Of a stretch of DNA of 35,267 nt, positions 1 through 9,101 are shown piece after piece. Position numbers and translations under genes: made by a program. Source of the stretch: Candidatus Azambacteria bacterium RIFCSPLOWO2_01_FULL_44_84 (GTDB lineage Bacteria; Patescibacteriota; Minisyncoccia; UBA10092); contig MEYR01000030.1 of the NCBI GenBank assembly GCA_001774075.1, positions 1 through 35,267 of the forward strand, in the 5' to 3' direction. The stretch's first letter is position 1. Every line of letters starts with the position of its first letter. The notes beneath the pieces were generated by a model, which searched no databases, was not told where the DNA came from, and worked only from the letters and a program-made list of their open reading frames with translations.

Positions 1-270
1 GAGGCTTTTTACTCCCGGTTTTTTTGAGGCAAAACTTTTTGAGCTTTGCCCTTCTTTTCCATCCTCGCCAAGAATTTTGACAAAACCGCCGAGAGGCAAA
101 AGATTGATCGAATAAATAGTATCTCCTTTTTTAAAACTAAAAATCCGCGGGGGAAATCCAAACCCAAATTCTTCCACCACAAGGCCGGCTCGTTTTGCGA
201 TGATAAAATGTCCGAATTCATGAACCAGAATCAATATGGCAAGAACTATTATAAAAATTATTATAGTCAT
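1..270 (-). CDS. rseP: RIP metalloprotease RseP (M50), 5' part; runs off the window start
   Basis: Not in the ORF track. Manual translation from ATG at 270: MTIIIFIIVLAILILVHEFGHFIIAKRAGLVVEEFGFGFPPRIFSFKKGDTIYSINLLPLGGFVKILGED. Contains HExGH, F.FGFPP and LPLGGFV motifs and lies next to frr. Confidence 0.93.
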   Translation of the reverse strand, partial: MTIIIFIIVLAILILVHEFGHFIIAKRAGLVVEEFGFGFPPRIFSFKKGDTIYSINLLPLGGFVKILGEDGKEGQSSKSFASKKPGVKSL

Positions 271-276
271 GATTTT

Positions 277-340
277 CCTACGAATTACGAATCTCGGCGA
301 ATTACGAATTCGTAATTCGAAATCATTCGTAATTGGTAGG
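277..340. repeat. 64-bp palindromic intergenic element, copy 1 (TACGAAT family)
   Basis: Terminal inverted repeat cctacgaattacgaat / attcgtaattggtagg (1 mismatch) with an internal perfect 22-bp palindrome at 298-319. 60/64 identical to 1659-1722. Confidence 0.9.
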
Positions 341-345
341 GATTA

Positions 346-897
346 TTATAGCTCCTTAATTTCTTTTTCTTTCTTATTAGCCACGTCTTCCAGGCCTTTA
401 TTTGCTTCATCAATCGCTTTTTGCGCTTCTTGTTTTTCTCTGAATTTATCGTCTTCGTTGATCTTTTTCTCCGCGAAAAGAACTTCTATGGACCTTATCG
501 CTTCATCTCTGTCTTTGCGCGCGGTAATTTTGGCTTCTTCAAGCTTAGTTCTGACTATTTTTGCAAGCGCGCTCCGTCTCTCTTCCGTAAGCGCCGGAAT
601 GGTTACGCGAACAACGTCTTTGTCGACTATCGGATTGATTCCCAGAGAAGAGGCCTGAATCGCTTTTTCTACGGCTGACACGGCATTTTTGTCCCAAGGC
701 TGGACAACAAGCGTCCTTGGTTCCGGCGCGGAAATCGTCGCCAACTGCTTCACCGGCATTTTGCTGCCGCAGTAGTCAACTATGATGTCTTCGACAAGTG
801 CGGGGCTCGCTCTGCCAATCCGTAAAGTAGCCAGTTCTTTTTGGAGCCAGACCTCGCGCGTTTTTAAATTTTTCTTTAAATAGTCTATGGTATCCAT
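346..897 (-). CDS. frr: Ribosome recycling factor
   Basis: LRIGRASPALVEDI.VDY, PEPRTLVVQPWD and IPALTEERR motifs; 183 aa. Confidence 0.97.
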   Translation of the reverse strand: MDTIDYLKKNLKTREVWLQKELATLRIGRASPALVEDIIVDYCGSKMPVKQLATISAPEPRTLVVQPWDKNAVSAVEKAIQASSLGINPIVDKDVVRVTIPALTEERRSALAKIVRTKLEEAKITARKDRDEAIRSIEVLFAEKKINEDDKFREKQEAQKAIDEANKGLEDVANKKEKEIKEL

Positions 898-1646
898 TAT
901 TTTAACGATAAGATAAATTCATCAAAAGCGAACTTCGGGTTCATATTCGTCGTTACGAGTTTAGTATAAATATTTTGAAGCTTTGCCAGAATTATTGCCG
1001 CCTCGTCTGTCGAATAAGTCGTAAGAATCGTGGAGTCGCCCCTTAGCTTTTTTATAAACGATTCTCTCCAAAAATTAAGCCATTCGGCAAAAACGCGGGA
1101 AGTATCGGGCTCGTTTTTCAGGATTTTTTCAACTAACGCGTATCGTTCGCTGATGTCGCTTGCCACTATTTTTTCAATAATCTCCGAAAATTTGCCACGC
1201 GCCTCTTTAGGCTCAAAATACCAGAATAGAATGCGCGTCGATCGGGAAATTATTGTCGGTAAAATTGAGTCCAGTGTTTTTGCCAATAGAATAATAATAG
1301 CATAAGAAGGAGATTCTTCTAAAACCTTCAGGAGGGCGCTCTGGGCTGTCTCGGCCATACGTTCGGCTCCGGAAATAATAATGACCTTATGTTGTGCTAG
1401 AGCGGAGAGACTTAAAAATCTTTTTATTTCTCTGGCTTTATCAATAACAATACGATCATTTTCATCCGGAGCAATCTTGAGAAGATCGGGGCAAAACCTA
1501 GCGTCGTCATGATTTAAAAGAGTTTTCGCGAATGTCTCGGCAGTATCACTTTTACCTTTTTCATCAGGACCGTAAAACAAATAAACATTTGCCAGCTGAT
1601 CATTTTCAGTGCACCGATTGAGATAATCAATTGTCTTTTGATACAT
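897..1646 (-). CDS. holB: DNA polymerase III delta' subunit (clamp loader)
   Basis: YLFYGP...GK, KVIIISGAERM...AQSALLKVLEE and ILPTIISR motifs. The stop overlaps the frr start (TAATG). Confidence 0.88.
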   Translation of the reverse strand: MYQKTIDYLNRCTENDQLANVYLFYGPDEKGKSDTAETFAKTLLNHDDARFCPDLLKIAPDENDRIVIDKAREIKRFLSLSALAQHKVIIISGAERMAETAQSALLKVLEESPSYAIIILLAKTLDSILPTIISRSTRILFWYFEPKEARGKFSEIIEKIVASDISERYALVEKILKNEPDTSRVFAEWLNFWRESFIKKLRGDSTILTTYSTDEAAIILAKLQNIYTKLVTTNMNPKFAFDEFILSLK

Positions 1647-1658
1647 TATAATAATTTT

Positions 1659-1722
1659 CCTACGAATTACGTATTTTGACGAATTACGAATTCGTAATTC
1701 GAAATCATTCGTAATTGGTAGG
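1659..1722. repeat. 64-bp palindromic intergenic element, copy 2 (TACGAAT family)
   Basis: Direct repeat of 277-340 with 4 mismatches, all in one short segment. Fills the mreB-holB spacer. Confidence 0.9.
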
Positions 1723-1727
1723 AAATT

Positions 1728-2741
1728 TTACCTCTTGGCCATTATACTGCGCTTATAGAATTCAAGATTTTCCAAAACAATGCCGGTTCCTTTTGCGACG
1801 CAAAGCAAAGGTTCATCCGCCACGTAAGTCGGCACGCCCGTGGCCTGGGTAATAAGCTCGTCCAGATTTCTAAGCAAGGCCGTGCCGCCCGCGAGAATGA
1901 GGCCCTTGTCCATGATATCAGCGGCAAGTTCTGGTGGAGTTTCGGCAAGAACCGCTTTTATCGTCTGGGTAATTTCACGCAGCCGCTCGCTTATGGCTTC
2001 GGCTATTTCGTTGGTACTGATTGTTATATTTTTGGGAAGTCCGGAAATTAAGTCTCGCCCCAAAACACTAACCCTCATTTCTTCTTTTATTGGGACAGCC
2101 GAACCGATTTCTATTTTTACACGCTCAGCGGTCCGCTCGCCAATCGCGAGATTGTGTCTGCGCTTAAGATAATCGATTATTGCTTGATCAAGCTTGTTTC
2201 CTCCGACGCGTTTTGACGCTGAAGTGACTATTCCGCCAAGAGAAATTACGGCAACTTCCGTAGTTCCTCCGCCGATACTGATAATCATGTGTCCCGAGGC
2301 CGAATTAATGGGAATGCCTGCGCCTATAGCCGCCAGCACCGGTTCTTTAACTATAAACGCGGCCCTGGCTCCCCCGTGAATTGTCGCATCAATTACGGCA
2401 CGTCTTTCCGTAGAGGTACTGCCACCGGGGACGGTTACCAAAACATCTGGCTTAAAAATTTGCAGCCGGCCAAGACTTTTCTGAATAAAATATCTGATCA
2501 TCGACTCCGTCACGTGATAATCGGCAATGACACCGTCTTTCATCGGTTTTGAAGCGATGATGGTGTCTGGCGTGCGGCCGATCATTTCTTGAGCTTCGAC
2601 TCCGACTGCTAAAACTTCTTTTTTATCTGACGAGATGGCAACAACCGTCGGTTCGTTCAAAACAATACCCTTTTCCAATATGAAAACAAGGGTGTTAGCC
2701 GTTCCCAGATCAATTCCGATTTTTTTGGAAAAAATACCCAT
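1728..2741 (-). CDS. mreB: Rod shape-determining protein MreB/Mbl
   Basis: IGIDLGTANTLV, IGGGTTEVAVISLGG and LAGGTALLRNLD motifs. Confidence 0.97.
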   Translation of the reverse strand: MGIFSKKIGIDLGTANTLVFILEKGIVLNEPTVVAISSDKKEVLAVGVEAQEMIGRTPDTIIASKPMKDGVIADYHVTESMIRYFIQKSLGRLQIFKPDVLVTVPGGSTSTERRAVIDATIHGGARAAFIVKEPVLAAIGAGIPINSASGHMIISIGGGTTEVAVISLGGIVTSASKRVGGNKLDQAIIDYLKRRHNLAIGERTAERVKIEIGSAVPIKEEMRVSVLGRDLISGLPKNITISTNEIAEAISERLREITQTIKAVLAETPPELAADIMDKGLILAGGTALLRNLDELITQATGVPTYVADEPLLCVAKGTGIVLENLEFYKRSIMAKR

Positions 2742-2747
2742 AATTCG

Positions 2748-2850
2748 AATTCAAAACTCAAAAATCAAAAGGCAAAAGTTCAAGTCAAAAATTAAAAGTT
2801 ATTAAACTTTTGAATTTTAAATTGTAATTTTGAATTTTGCATTTTGAATT
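2748..2850. repeat. Two-armed 7-bp-periodic element (TCAAAAN / NTTTTGA family)
   Basis: Left arm tcaaaac-tcaaaaa-tcaaaag-gcaaaag; right arm ttttgaa-ttttgca-ttttgaa. Fills the murA-mreB spacer. Confidence 0.85.
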
Positions 2851-4108
2851 AGTTTTCGACTCGCCGCATGTCGGCGCCTATCGCCTTCAATCTTTCATCA
2901 ATTCTTTCGTAGCCCCGATCGATCTGATAGATGTTTTCCATAATTGTCTGGCCACGAGCTACAAGCGCGGCAATGAGCAGGGCCATGCCGGCTCTGATAT
3001 CCGGCGAAGCGATTTTTTTGCCGAAAAGAGGCGTCGGTCCTTTGACTATCACCCGATGAGGATCGGCCATAATAATATCGGCGCCCATCTGGTTAAGAGT
3101 GTCAGTGTAGAATAACCGGCCGTCATAAATTGTCTCATGAACCATTGAAAGTCCTCTTGTCTGGGTAGTAAAAACCGTCCACGGTGCTTGTAGGTCAGTA
3201 GCGAAACCGGGATACTCTCTTGTGACAATATCTTGCGCCAGAAGATTTTTTGACGGCTTCACGATAACATAGTCGCGTCCTACTTCCAAATTGACCCCGG
3301 CGCGATCTAAATATTCAAGCAAAACCTCGATATGCGACGGATTGCAATTTTTAATTTTTAAGCAACTTTTACTCGCCGCCGCCAAGAGTATAAAAGTTCC
3401 AGCTTCTATTCTGTCGGGCGTCGGTTCCCAGGTCGTTCCGGCCAGGGAGTCAACCCCGTTAATTTCAATGGTGGAGGTGCCAGCGCCTTTGATTTTAGCC
3501 CCCATCTTATTTAAAACTCCGGCCAAATTCTCTACTTCCGGTTCTTGCGCCGCGTTTCTTAAAATTGTTTTGCCCTGCGCCAGCGTTGCCGCCATCATTA
3601 ACGTTTCGGCGCCGGTGACGCTGGACTTGGGAAAAACAAATTTTGTTCCCTTAAGCTTTTTAACGGTAACGCTGAATAACTTGCCGCGAGTTTCGACTTT
3701 CGCGCCCAGCGCCCTAAAGCCGTCAATGAAAAAGTTTATAGGCCTTTTGCCCAATGTGCATCCGCCGGGGTGCGGGAAAGAAACGGATCCGAATCTTGCC
3801 AGAAGCGGTCCGGATAAAACTATCGAAGCCCTGAAGCGGTCCGCTATGGAGTAATTCAGGTTAGTTTTTTTGAGGCGATCCGCGCTGATTGTGGCCGCGT
3901 TTTTATTTATGGCGATATTAGCTCCGAGATCGGCCATCAGTTCTTTCATTCTGGCGACATCTTCGATGCGCGGCAGATTTTTTATCTGAACCGGGTCGGC
4001 GGTCAGAAGCGAGGCGGCTAAAATCGGCAGAGCCGAATTTTTAGCCCGCGATACACTGATTTCTCCTTCCAATTTTTTTCCACCATTGATTATAAAACGG
4101 TCTGGCAT
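2849..4108 (-). CDS. murA: UDP-N-acetylglucosamine 1-carboxyvinyltransferase
   Basis: AKNSALPILAA, PGGCTLGKRP (catalytic Cys), AAQEPEV, DRIEAGT, DIRAG and IDRGYE motifs. Confidence 0.97.
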   Translation of the reverse strand: MPDRFIINGGKKLEGEISVSRAKNSALPILAASLLTADPVQIKNLPRIEDVARMKELMADLGANIAINKNAATISADRLKKTNLNYSIADRFRASIVLSGPLLARFGSVSFPHPGGCTLGKRPINFFIDGFRALGAKVETRGKLFSVTVKKLKGTKFVFPKSSVTGAETLMMAATLAQGKTILRNAAQEPEVENLAGVLNKMGAKIKGAGTSTIEINGVDSLAGTTWEPTPDRIEAGTFILLAAASKSCLKIKNCNPSHIEVLLEYLDRAGVNLEVGRDYVIVKPSKNLLAQDIVTREYPGFATDLQAPWTVFTTQTRGLSMVHETIYDGRLFYTDTLNQMGADIIMADPHRVIVKGPTPLFGKKIASPDIRAGMALLIAALVARGQTIMENIYQIDRGYERIDERLKAIGADMRRVEN

Positions 4109-4181
4109 ATGTAATATTTTATGTTGAAATGGTATGCTAAATTTTCATATTTAGCAAACCCAGCGCGAGAGAATGTAAATT

Positions 4182-4211
4182 AAAATAAGCCCTAATTTTT
4201 AGGCTTATTTT
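4182..4211. terminator. Hairpin with A/T tails at the stop of the small Zn-finger ORF
   Basis: aaaataagccct-aattttt-aggcttatttt. Confidence 0.5.
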
Positions 4212-4366
4212 TTCTTCCTTTCCCCAGCTTTCTGAGGAACTTTTCCGATGCTGTCGCAAGTTTCACAAGGCCTATAGCCTTTAATATGAACCTCGTTTCC
4301 CTCACATTCGGTAATCATAAACTTTCCATGACCGGCACAGTTGGGGCAAGGCACCATGTCAGGCAT
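4205..4366 (-). CDS. 53-aa protein with a DnaJ-type zinc-finger (CxxCxGxG / CxxCxxxG)
   Basis: Not in the ORF track. Manual translation: MPDMVPCPNCAGHGKFMITECEGNEVHIKGYRPCETCDSIGKVPQKAGERKKK*. Confidence 0.72.
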   Translation of the reverse strand: MPDMVPCPNCAGHGKFMITECEGNEVHIKGYRPCETCDSIGKVPQKAGERKKK

Positions 4367-4561
4367 GACTTCTTCGCCTTCAAAAGATTTTACTTAAAGC
4401 AACATTGACCAGGAAGTGAAAATTGTGCAAATTCTCTTTTGCCCTTCAAATTCTTTACCATTGCTCTAAACTTTTTTATATGTCACAGAAGAAAAAATAT
4501 GCTATTTGCATTTAAATCGGGCAAAAGAATTTGGAAGGCAGGCACAATTTCTACTTCCTGG

Positions 4562-4590
4562 TTGATTTTTTAGATAAACTGTGGTAATCT
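4562..4590 (+). promoter_or_regulatory. Putative sigma70 promoter of the PEGA gene
   Basis: TTGATT-17 bp-TAATCT with an extended -10 TG, ending 9 nt before ATG 4600. Confidence 0.55.
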
Positions 4591-4599
4591 GTTTTGACA

Positions 4600-5484
4600 A
4601 TGACTCGAAAAATAAGACGAATTATTCTGTGGTTTTTTGTGGCGCTGTTTTTTGTCTCAAGCGCGATTATCGTTTTTTTAGCCCAAGGTTTGAGGTTTGA
4701 CTTCCGCTCCTTCAATATTACGAGAACCGGCGGTATTTATATCGTCACCTCGGTGCCCGACGCGAAAATCTACATTAACGACGCATATGCTCAAGCCACG
4801 GGAGGTCTCATCAAATACGGCAGATTGGTGGAGAATCTTTTGCCGAGAAACTATGACGTCTTTGTTTACAAAGAAGGTTTTTATCCATGGAATAAAACCA
4901 TCGCCGTAAAAGCCGGCGAAGTCGTGGAAATTAAAAATGTGGTTCTTTTTCCCATAGATCTGAAAATCGAAAAAGTGGCTCAAGCGGACGTAAAATCTCT
5001 CATAAAACAATTCCCGAAACCCGCGACTTCCACAGACGGCTTCCGAATAAAAAAGGCTGTTCTCGAACTCCTAGACGCGAACAATGACAAATGGCTGCCG
5101 GTCGCGAATAACGTCAAATACATGGCGCTTTCCCCAAACGGCGGTAATATGCTTTTTGCCACCGCTTCAGGTGGAGCCCCGCCACCGGCGATGGCGGGTG
5201 AAAACGAAATAAAAGTTTATTCTGTTGCTAACAAAAAATCAGAAACTGTTTTATCTGCCGGGGAAACTATCCGCTATATTGCCTGGCTGGCCGATTCTTC
5301 TTATTTTATTACCGTTGCAGGCAGCGACTTGATAATTACGGAGCTGGACGCCTTGGGCTCGAAACGCAATTCCATAAGATTATTTTTTAATATCGCCTCC
5401 CCGCTTAATTACGATGCGGATGACGACATTTTCTATTTCAGCCGCGACAGCGCGCTTTATAAAACCCATCTTTATACCCAGTAA
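4600..5484 (+). CDS. PEGA domain membrane-anchored protein
   Basis: N-terminal TM helix, then TGGIYIVTSVPDAKIYIN...NLLPRNYDVFVYKEGFYPWNK (PEGA) and a WD40-like C-terminus. ATG 4600 preferred over TTG 4594. Confidence 0.8.
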   Translation: MTRKIRRIILWFFVALFFVSSAIIVFLAQGLRFDFRSFNITRTGGIYIVTSVPDAKIYINDAYAQATGGLIKYGRLVENLLPRNYDVFVYKEGFYPWNKTIAVKAGEVVEIKNVVLFPIDLKIEKVAQADVKSLIKQFPKPATSTDGFRIKKAVLELLDANNDKWLPVANNVKYMALSPNGGNMLFATASGGAPPPAMAGENEIKVYSVANKKSETVLSAGETIRYIAWLADSSYFITVAGSDLIITELDALGSKRNSIRLFFNIASPLNYDADDDIFYFSRDSALYKTHLYTQ

Positions 5485-5520
5485 AAACAGCCCCGACGTT
5501 ACGTCGGGGCTGTTTTTACT
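5480..5520. terminator. Bidirectional terminator, perfect 20-bp inverted repeat
   Basis: agtaaaaacagccccgacgt-t-acgtcggggctgtttttact, between the convergent PEGA gene and rpsI. Confidence 0.85.
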
Positions 5521-6006
5521 TTAACGTTTACTCCACTGAGGAGCTCTGCGTGCACCCTTTAGGCCTGGCTTCTTTCGTTCTTTCATTCTTGGATCGCGCG
5601 TTAAAAATCCTGCTGCTTTTAAAACTTTTTTGTATTCGGGGTTGGCGATGACTAAGGCGCGGCTAACTCCGTGTCTTCCGGCCTCTGCTTGAGAATGCTG
5701 TCCGCCCCCAGTAATATTGGCAGAAATTTTCCAATCAAGATTCCCCACCTGATTAAGCGGGCTCATAAAGACATCCTGCATTTCTTTTTGGCGCCAATAA
5801 TCTCCGATTGTTTTACCATTGACCGTAATCTGCCGGTCTGCCCCGCTTGCCGACCATATTCTAACACGGCTAATAGCCGTTTTTCTGCGGCCGACGGCTT
5901 CGAAATATTTGGCTAAAACTTTCTTTTCTGTCGTTGCTTTCGGCTTTTCCTTCACCGCGACAGTCTTTTTTGACACGGATTTAGTTGTAGTGGTCTTACG
6001 GATCAT
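5521..6006 (-). CDS. rpsI: 30S ribosomal protein S9
   Basis: GRRKTA.SRV and LTRDPRMKERKKPGLKGARRAPQWSKR motifs. Confidence 0.98.
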   Translation of the reverse strand: MIRKTTTTKSVSKKTVAVKEKPKATTEKKVLAKYFEAVGRRKTAISRVRIWSASGADRQITVNGKTIGDYWRQKEMQDVFMSPLNQVGNLDWKISANITGGGQHSQAEAGRHGVSRALVIANPEYKKVLKAAGFLTRDPRMKERKKPGLKGARRAPQWSKR

Positions 6007-6010
6007 AAAA

Positions 6011-6367
6011 CTATTGTATTATTAATCTTTTGAGAAGCTTTGCCCGTATTCTATTTTTTTTGAGCATCCTGGTCACGGCCAGTTTCAAAGCCCGGCCTTT
6101 ATCTTTGGCGGTAATTTCGGCAAAGCTCTTGGTCTTAAGCCCTCCCGGCCAGCCGGTATGGTATCGATAAACGTTTTGTTCAATTTTTTTGCCGGTCATC
6201 ACCACTTTTTCGATATTAGAAATTTTTACGGTTATCAGCGGATCAATATGCGGCTCGAAAGTGACCTCGGCTTTGCCTCGTAGCAAAGTCGCAATTTTAG
6301 TAGCCAAACGGCCGAGATGTTCTTCGGCCGCGTCAATATTATAAATTTTTTGCTTTCGCTCTTTCAT
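6011..6367 (-). CDS. rplM: 50S ribosomal protein L13 (short form)
   Basis: IDA...LGRLATKIATLLRGK and YHTGWPGGLK motifs. Confidence 0.96.
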   Translation of the reverse strand: MKERKQKIYNIDAAEEHLGRLATKIATLLRGKAEVTFEPHIDPLITVKISNIEKVVMTGKKIEQNVYRYHTGWPGGLKTKSFAEITAKDKGRALKLAVTRMLKKNRIRAKLLKRLIIQ

Positions 6368-6410
6368 AAGGTCGCATTCGTATAATTTGTAAATTCGTAG
6401 CCGTTTATAT

Positions 6411-6761
6411 TTATTTTACCAACTCAATAATAGAAACCGCGGCGGCGTCGTTTTTTCGGTTGCCCCATTTTAAGATTCTCGTATATCCTCCCGGTCTCTC
6501 TTTATAAAGAGGCGCGATCTCAGAAAACAATTTTTTGACGGTCTTGGCGTCGAACTTTTCCAGCATTAGGCGCCTATTGGCTAACGTGTCACGCTTTGCG
6601 CGAGTTATCATCTTCTCGGCAAATGATCTTATTTCCTTAGCGCGGGTGGCGGTGGTTTTTATCCGGCCGTGTAAAAGCAAACTGCGCGTCAGATTCCAGA
6701 CAAAGGCCTTCCGGTAGTCGGCCGTCCTTCCAAATTTTCTGAATTTCTTATGATGCTCCAT
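6411..6761 (-). CDS. rplQ: 50S ribosomal protein L17
   Basis: GRIKTTATRAKE and RPGGYTRILK motifs. Confidence 0.97.
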   Translation of the reverse strand: MEHHKKFRKFGRTADYRKAFVWNLTRSLLLHGRIKTTATRAKEIRSFAEKMITRAKRDTLANRRLMLEKFDAKTVKKLFSEIAPLYKERPGGYTRILKWGNRKNDAAAVSIIELVK

Positions 6762-6803
6762 ACTATAAATTTCGATATATCAACTTTTCGATATGTTCGG
6801 TTA

Positions 6804-7775
6804 TTATTGCTTCAGAGTCAAGCCGAGTTTGCCCAGGGCCTTTTTAATTTCTTTTACGGCTTTTTCACCAAGACCTTCAAGCTCCAAAAGTCCTTCTTCA
6901 CTGAGTGTAACAATGCCTCCGACAGTTTTAATGTGGTTGCTCAACAGAGCGTTTTGAGTCCTTTGTGAAAATTTTAGATCTTCAATTTTCATTTTCTCGG
7001 CGTTTTCTAATTCGGATTCTTCACTAAATAAAGTAACCGGCTCTTTTTTAGCTTCTTTATTCGACTCTTTATTCGCGATTTTACGAATTGGAGACGCGAT
7101 AATCTTATAATGTTCAATCAAAATATTAGCGGAACGCTCCAGTGCTTCTTCAGGCATAATAGTTCCGTCAGTTTCAATATCAATAACGAGTCGATTATAG
7201 TCCGTGCGATCGCCGACGCGCATATTTTCTACCTCATAATTAATCTTACGGATTGGCGAAAAGATAGCGTCTATGGACATGCTGCCTATTTCTTGCTTTT
7301 CCCTTTTCCGTGATTCAACGGCAGAATATCCCAAGCCATTTTCTACCTGCATTTCCATTTCAAGCACCGCGTCACGACTCGTAAGCGTGGCTATATGAAC
7401 GCCGGGATTTACTACTTCAACCTGAGTTGGCGAAATAATATCTTTGCCTCTAACTTCTTTTTCACCTTTAACCTTGAGGTGAACATTTTGAGGCTCATCT
7501 CCGTGGACCTTAAATCTCACCTGTTTTAAATTAAGAATTAATTCCACTATATCCTCCATTACTCCGGGAATGGTGGAAAATTCATGACTCACCCCTTTGA
7601 TTTTTACTGAAACAATGGCCGATCCGGGTAACGAAGAAAGCATTATCCGTCTCAGCGCGTTGCCAACGGTCAGGCCGTAACCAGGATGCATTTCTTCGAT
7701 TTCAAAAACAGCCCTGTTTTCCGAAGGTTTCTCGATTAATTTTGGCGCTTGTGGCAATGAAATATTCGTGTTCAT
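6804..7775 (-). CDS. rpoA: RNA polymerase alpha subunit
   Basis: PGYGLTVGNALRRIMLSSLPG, HEFSTIPGVMED and IDAIFSPI motifs plus the alpha-CTD. ATG 7775 chosen because the track's longer start lies in a repeat-like spacer. Confidence 0.97.
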   Translation of the reverse strand: MNTNISLPQAPKLIEKPSENRAVFEIEEMHPGYGLTVGNALRRIMLSSLPGSAIVSVKIKGVSHEFSTIPGVMEDIVELILNLKQVRFKVHGDEPQNVHLKVKGEKEVRGKDIISPTQVEVVNPGVHIATLTSRDAVLEMEMQVENGLGYSAVESRKREKQEIGSMSIDAIFSPIRKINYEVENMRVGDRTDYNRLVIDIETDGTIMPEEALERSANILIEHYKIIASPIRKIANKESNKEAKKEPVTLFSEESELENAEKMKIEDLKFSQRTQNALLSNHIKTVGGIVTLSEEGLLELEGLGEKAVKEIKKALGKLGLTLKQ

Positions 7776-7869
7776 ATTTGTGTTAATTTTTAATTTTTCT
7801 CGGTTCGTCATCGCTTCGCTAGATCTGGCGTAGCCAGACAAACTAATTGATAATTGGAAATTTTGATTG

Positions 7870-8499
7870 TTAGCGGGAGTAATACTCGATAATTGAGCTC
7901 ATATTAAAATTTTGGACAATATCTTCTGTGTTCGGATCCGATTTTATTTTTACTTCATGAGTTTTTTTATCCAACAGGATCCATGACGGCGCTTCGTGTT
8001 TCTTAAGTTTTTCAGGAAGGGCGGCAAAAATCATTTTCTGTTTGCTTTGCGGTCTGATAGTAATAACGTCGCCGGGTCCCACCTCGTAAGAAGGAATAGT
8101 CACCCTTTTGCCATTAATCAGAAAATGCCCATGGCTTACTAACTGACGCGCGATAGCGCGGGACGCCGCGAGACCTGCTTTGAATACTGTATTGTCCAAA
8201 CGCTTTTCAAGCAAAGACATGAGCAGATTACTGGTTATGCCCTTAGCGGCCTTAGCTTTCATAAAATAATTTTTAAACTGTCTTTCGCCAACGCCATAAA
8301 CAAAACGTACCTTTTGTTTTTCCAGAAGTTGCGTTCCGAACTCTGAAAGCCCCCTGCGCATTCTTTTGCCGTGCATTCCCGGACGATATGGTTTTCGGAG
8401 AAAGGCTGATTTCGGCGATAAAGAACGCTCGGCTTTAAGCGCCAAGTTTTCTCCGACTTTACGTGATAGTTTTTCTTTTGGACCTGTGTAGCGTGACAT
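7870..8499 (-). CDS. rpsD: 30S ribosomal protein S4
   Basis: MSRYTGP, QLLEKQK, LEKRLDNTV, ARQLVSHGH and IIEYYSR motifs. Confidence 0.98.
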   Translation of the reverse strand: MSRYTGPKEKLSRKVGENLALKAERSLSPKSAFLRKPYRPGMHGKRMRRGLSEFGTQLLEKQKVRFVYGVGERQFKNYFMKAKAAKGITSNLLMSLLEKRLDNTVFKAGLAASRAIARQLVSHGHFLINGKRVTIPSYEVGPGDVITIRPQSKQKMIFAALPEKLKKHEAPSWILLDKKTHEVKIKSDPNTEDIVQNFNMSSIIEYYSR

Positions 8500-8547
8500 A
8501 AATGTTTAATCGAAATTTCGATATGTCGATATATCGATATCTTAGTT

Positions 8548-8997
8548 TTATACTCGTCTTACCTTTCTTGGTCTTGGACCATTGTGCGGAATCGGCGTTA
8601 CATCTTTGATAGACAAAATATTCAGCCCATGAGCCGCAAGCGATCTTACCGCTGATTCGCGACCAGAACCAATTCCTTTTACAAAAACCTCAACATTAGC
8701 AATACCGGTTTTTTTGACTTTTTCCACGACCGTTTCCGAAACCCTAGAAGCCGCGTAGGGTGTGGCCTTCTTGGGGCCCTTAAAACCGAGATTTCCGGAA
8801 GAAGCCCACGCGACTACGTTACCACTTTCATCCGTGACGCTGACGATAGTGTTATTATAGGTAGCCTGAATATAAACCCTTCCATGAGCCATCTGTTTTG
8901 ACGTTTTCGGAAGTATACTAACCTGAGGCACCTTATGCGTGTCGGTTTCCTTTAAAAGCTCTTCTTCGGTTTGTTTGATTACTTTTTTCTTTCCCAT
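8548..8997 (-). CDS. rpsK: 30S ribosomal protein S11
   Basis: ATYNNTIVS, GPKKATPYAA and DVTPIPHNG motifs. Confidence 0.98.
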   Translation of the reverse strand: MGKKKVIKQTEEELLKETDTHKVPQVSILPKTSKQMAHGRVYIQATYNNTIVSVTDESGNVVAWASSGNLGFKGPKKATPYAASRVSETVVEKVKKTGIANVEVFVKGIGSGRESAVRSLAAHGLNILSIKDVTPIPHNGPRPRKVRRV

Positions 8998-9098
8998 ACG
9001 CTTACGCTAGTACGATACTAATATACTAATTGTACTAACGATACTAATTTATACGAATTTTATTAGTATCTCATTTGTATCATTCGTATATTGGTATC
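8995..9098. repeat. 104-bp intergenic element, copy 1 (GATACTAAT family), ending in the rpsK start codon
   Basis: 103/104 identical to 9760-9863. Imperfect inverted arms cgatactaat...attggtatcg. Confidence 0.93.
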
Positions 9099-9101
9099 GC
9101 T

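Noticed and set aside
7776-7841. N-terminal extension of RpoA in the ORF track
   Set aside because: It translates a palindromic spacer from a TTG start. Similar over-extensions were trimmed for efp, mnmA, mpg, infA, the cyclophilin and the M16 peptidase.
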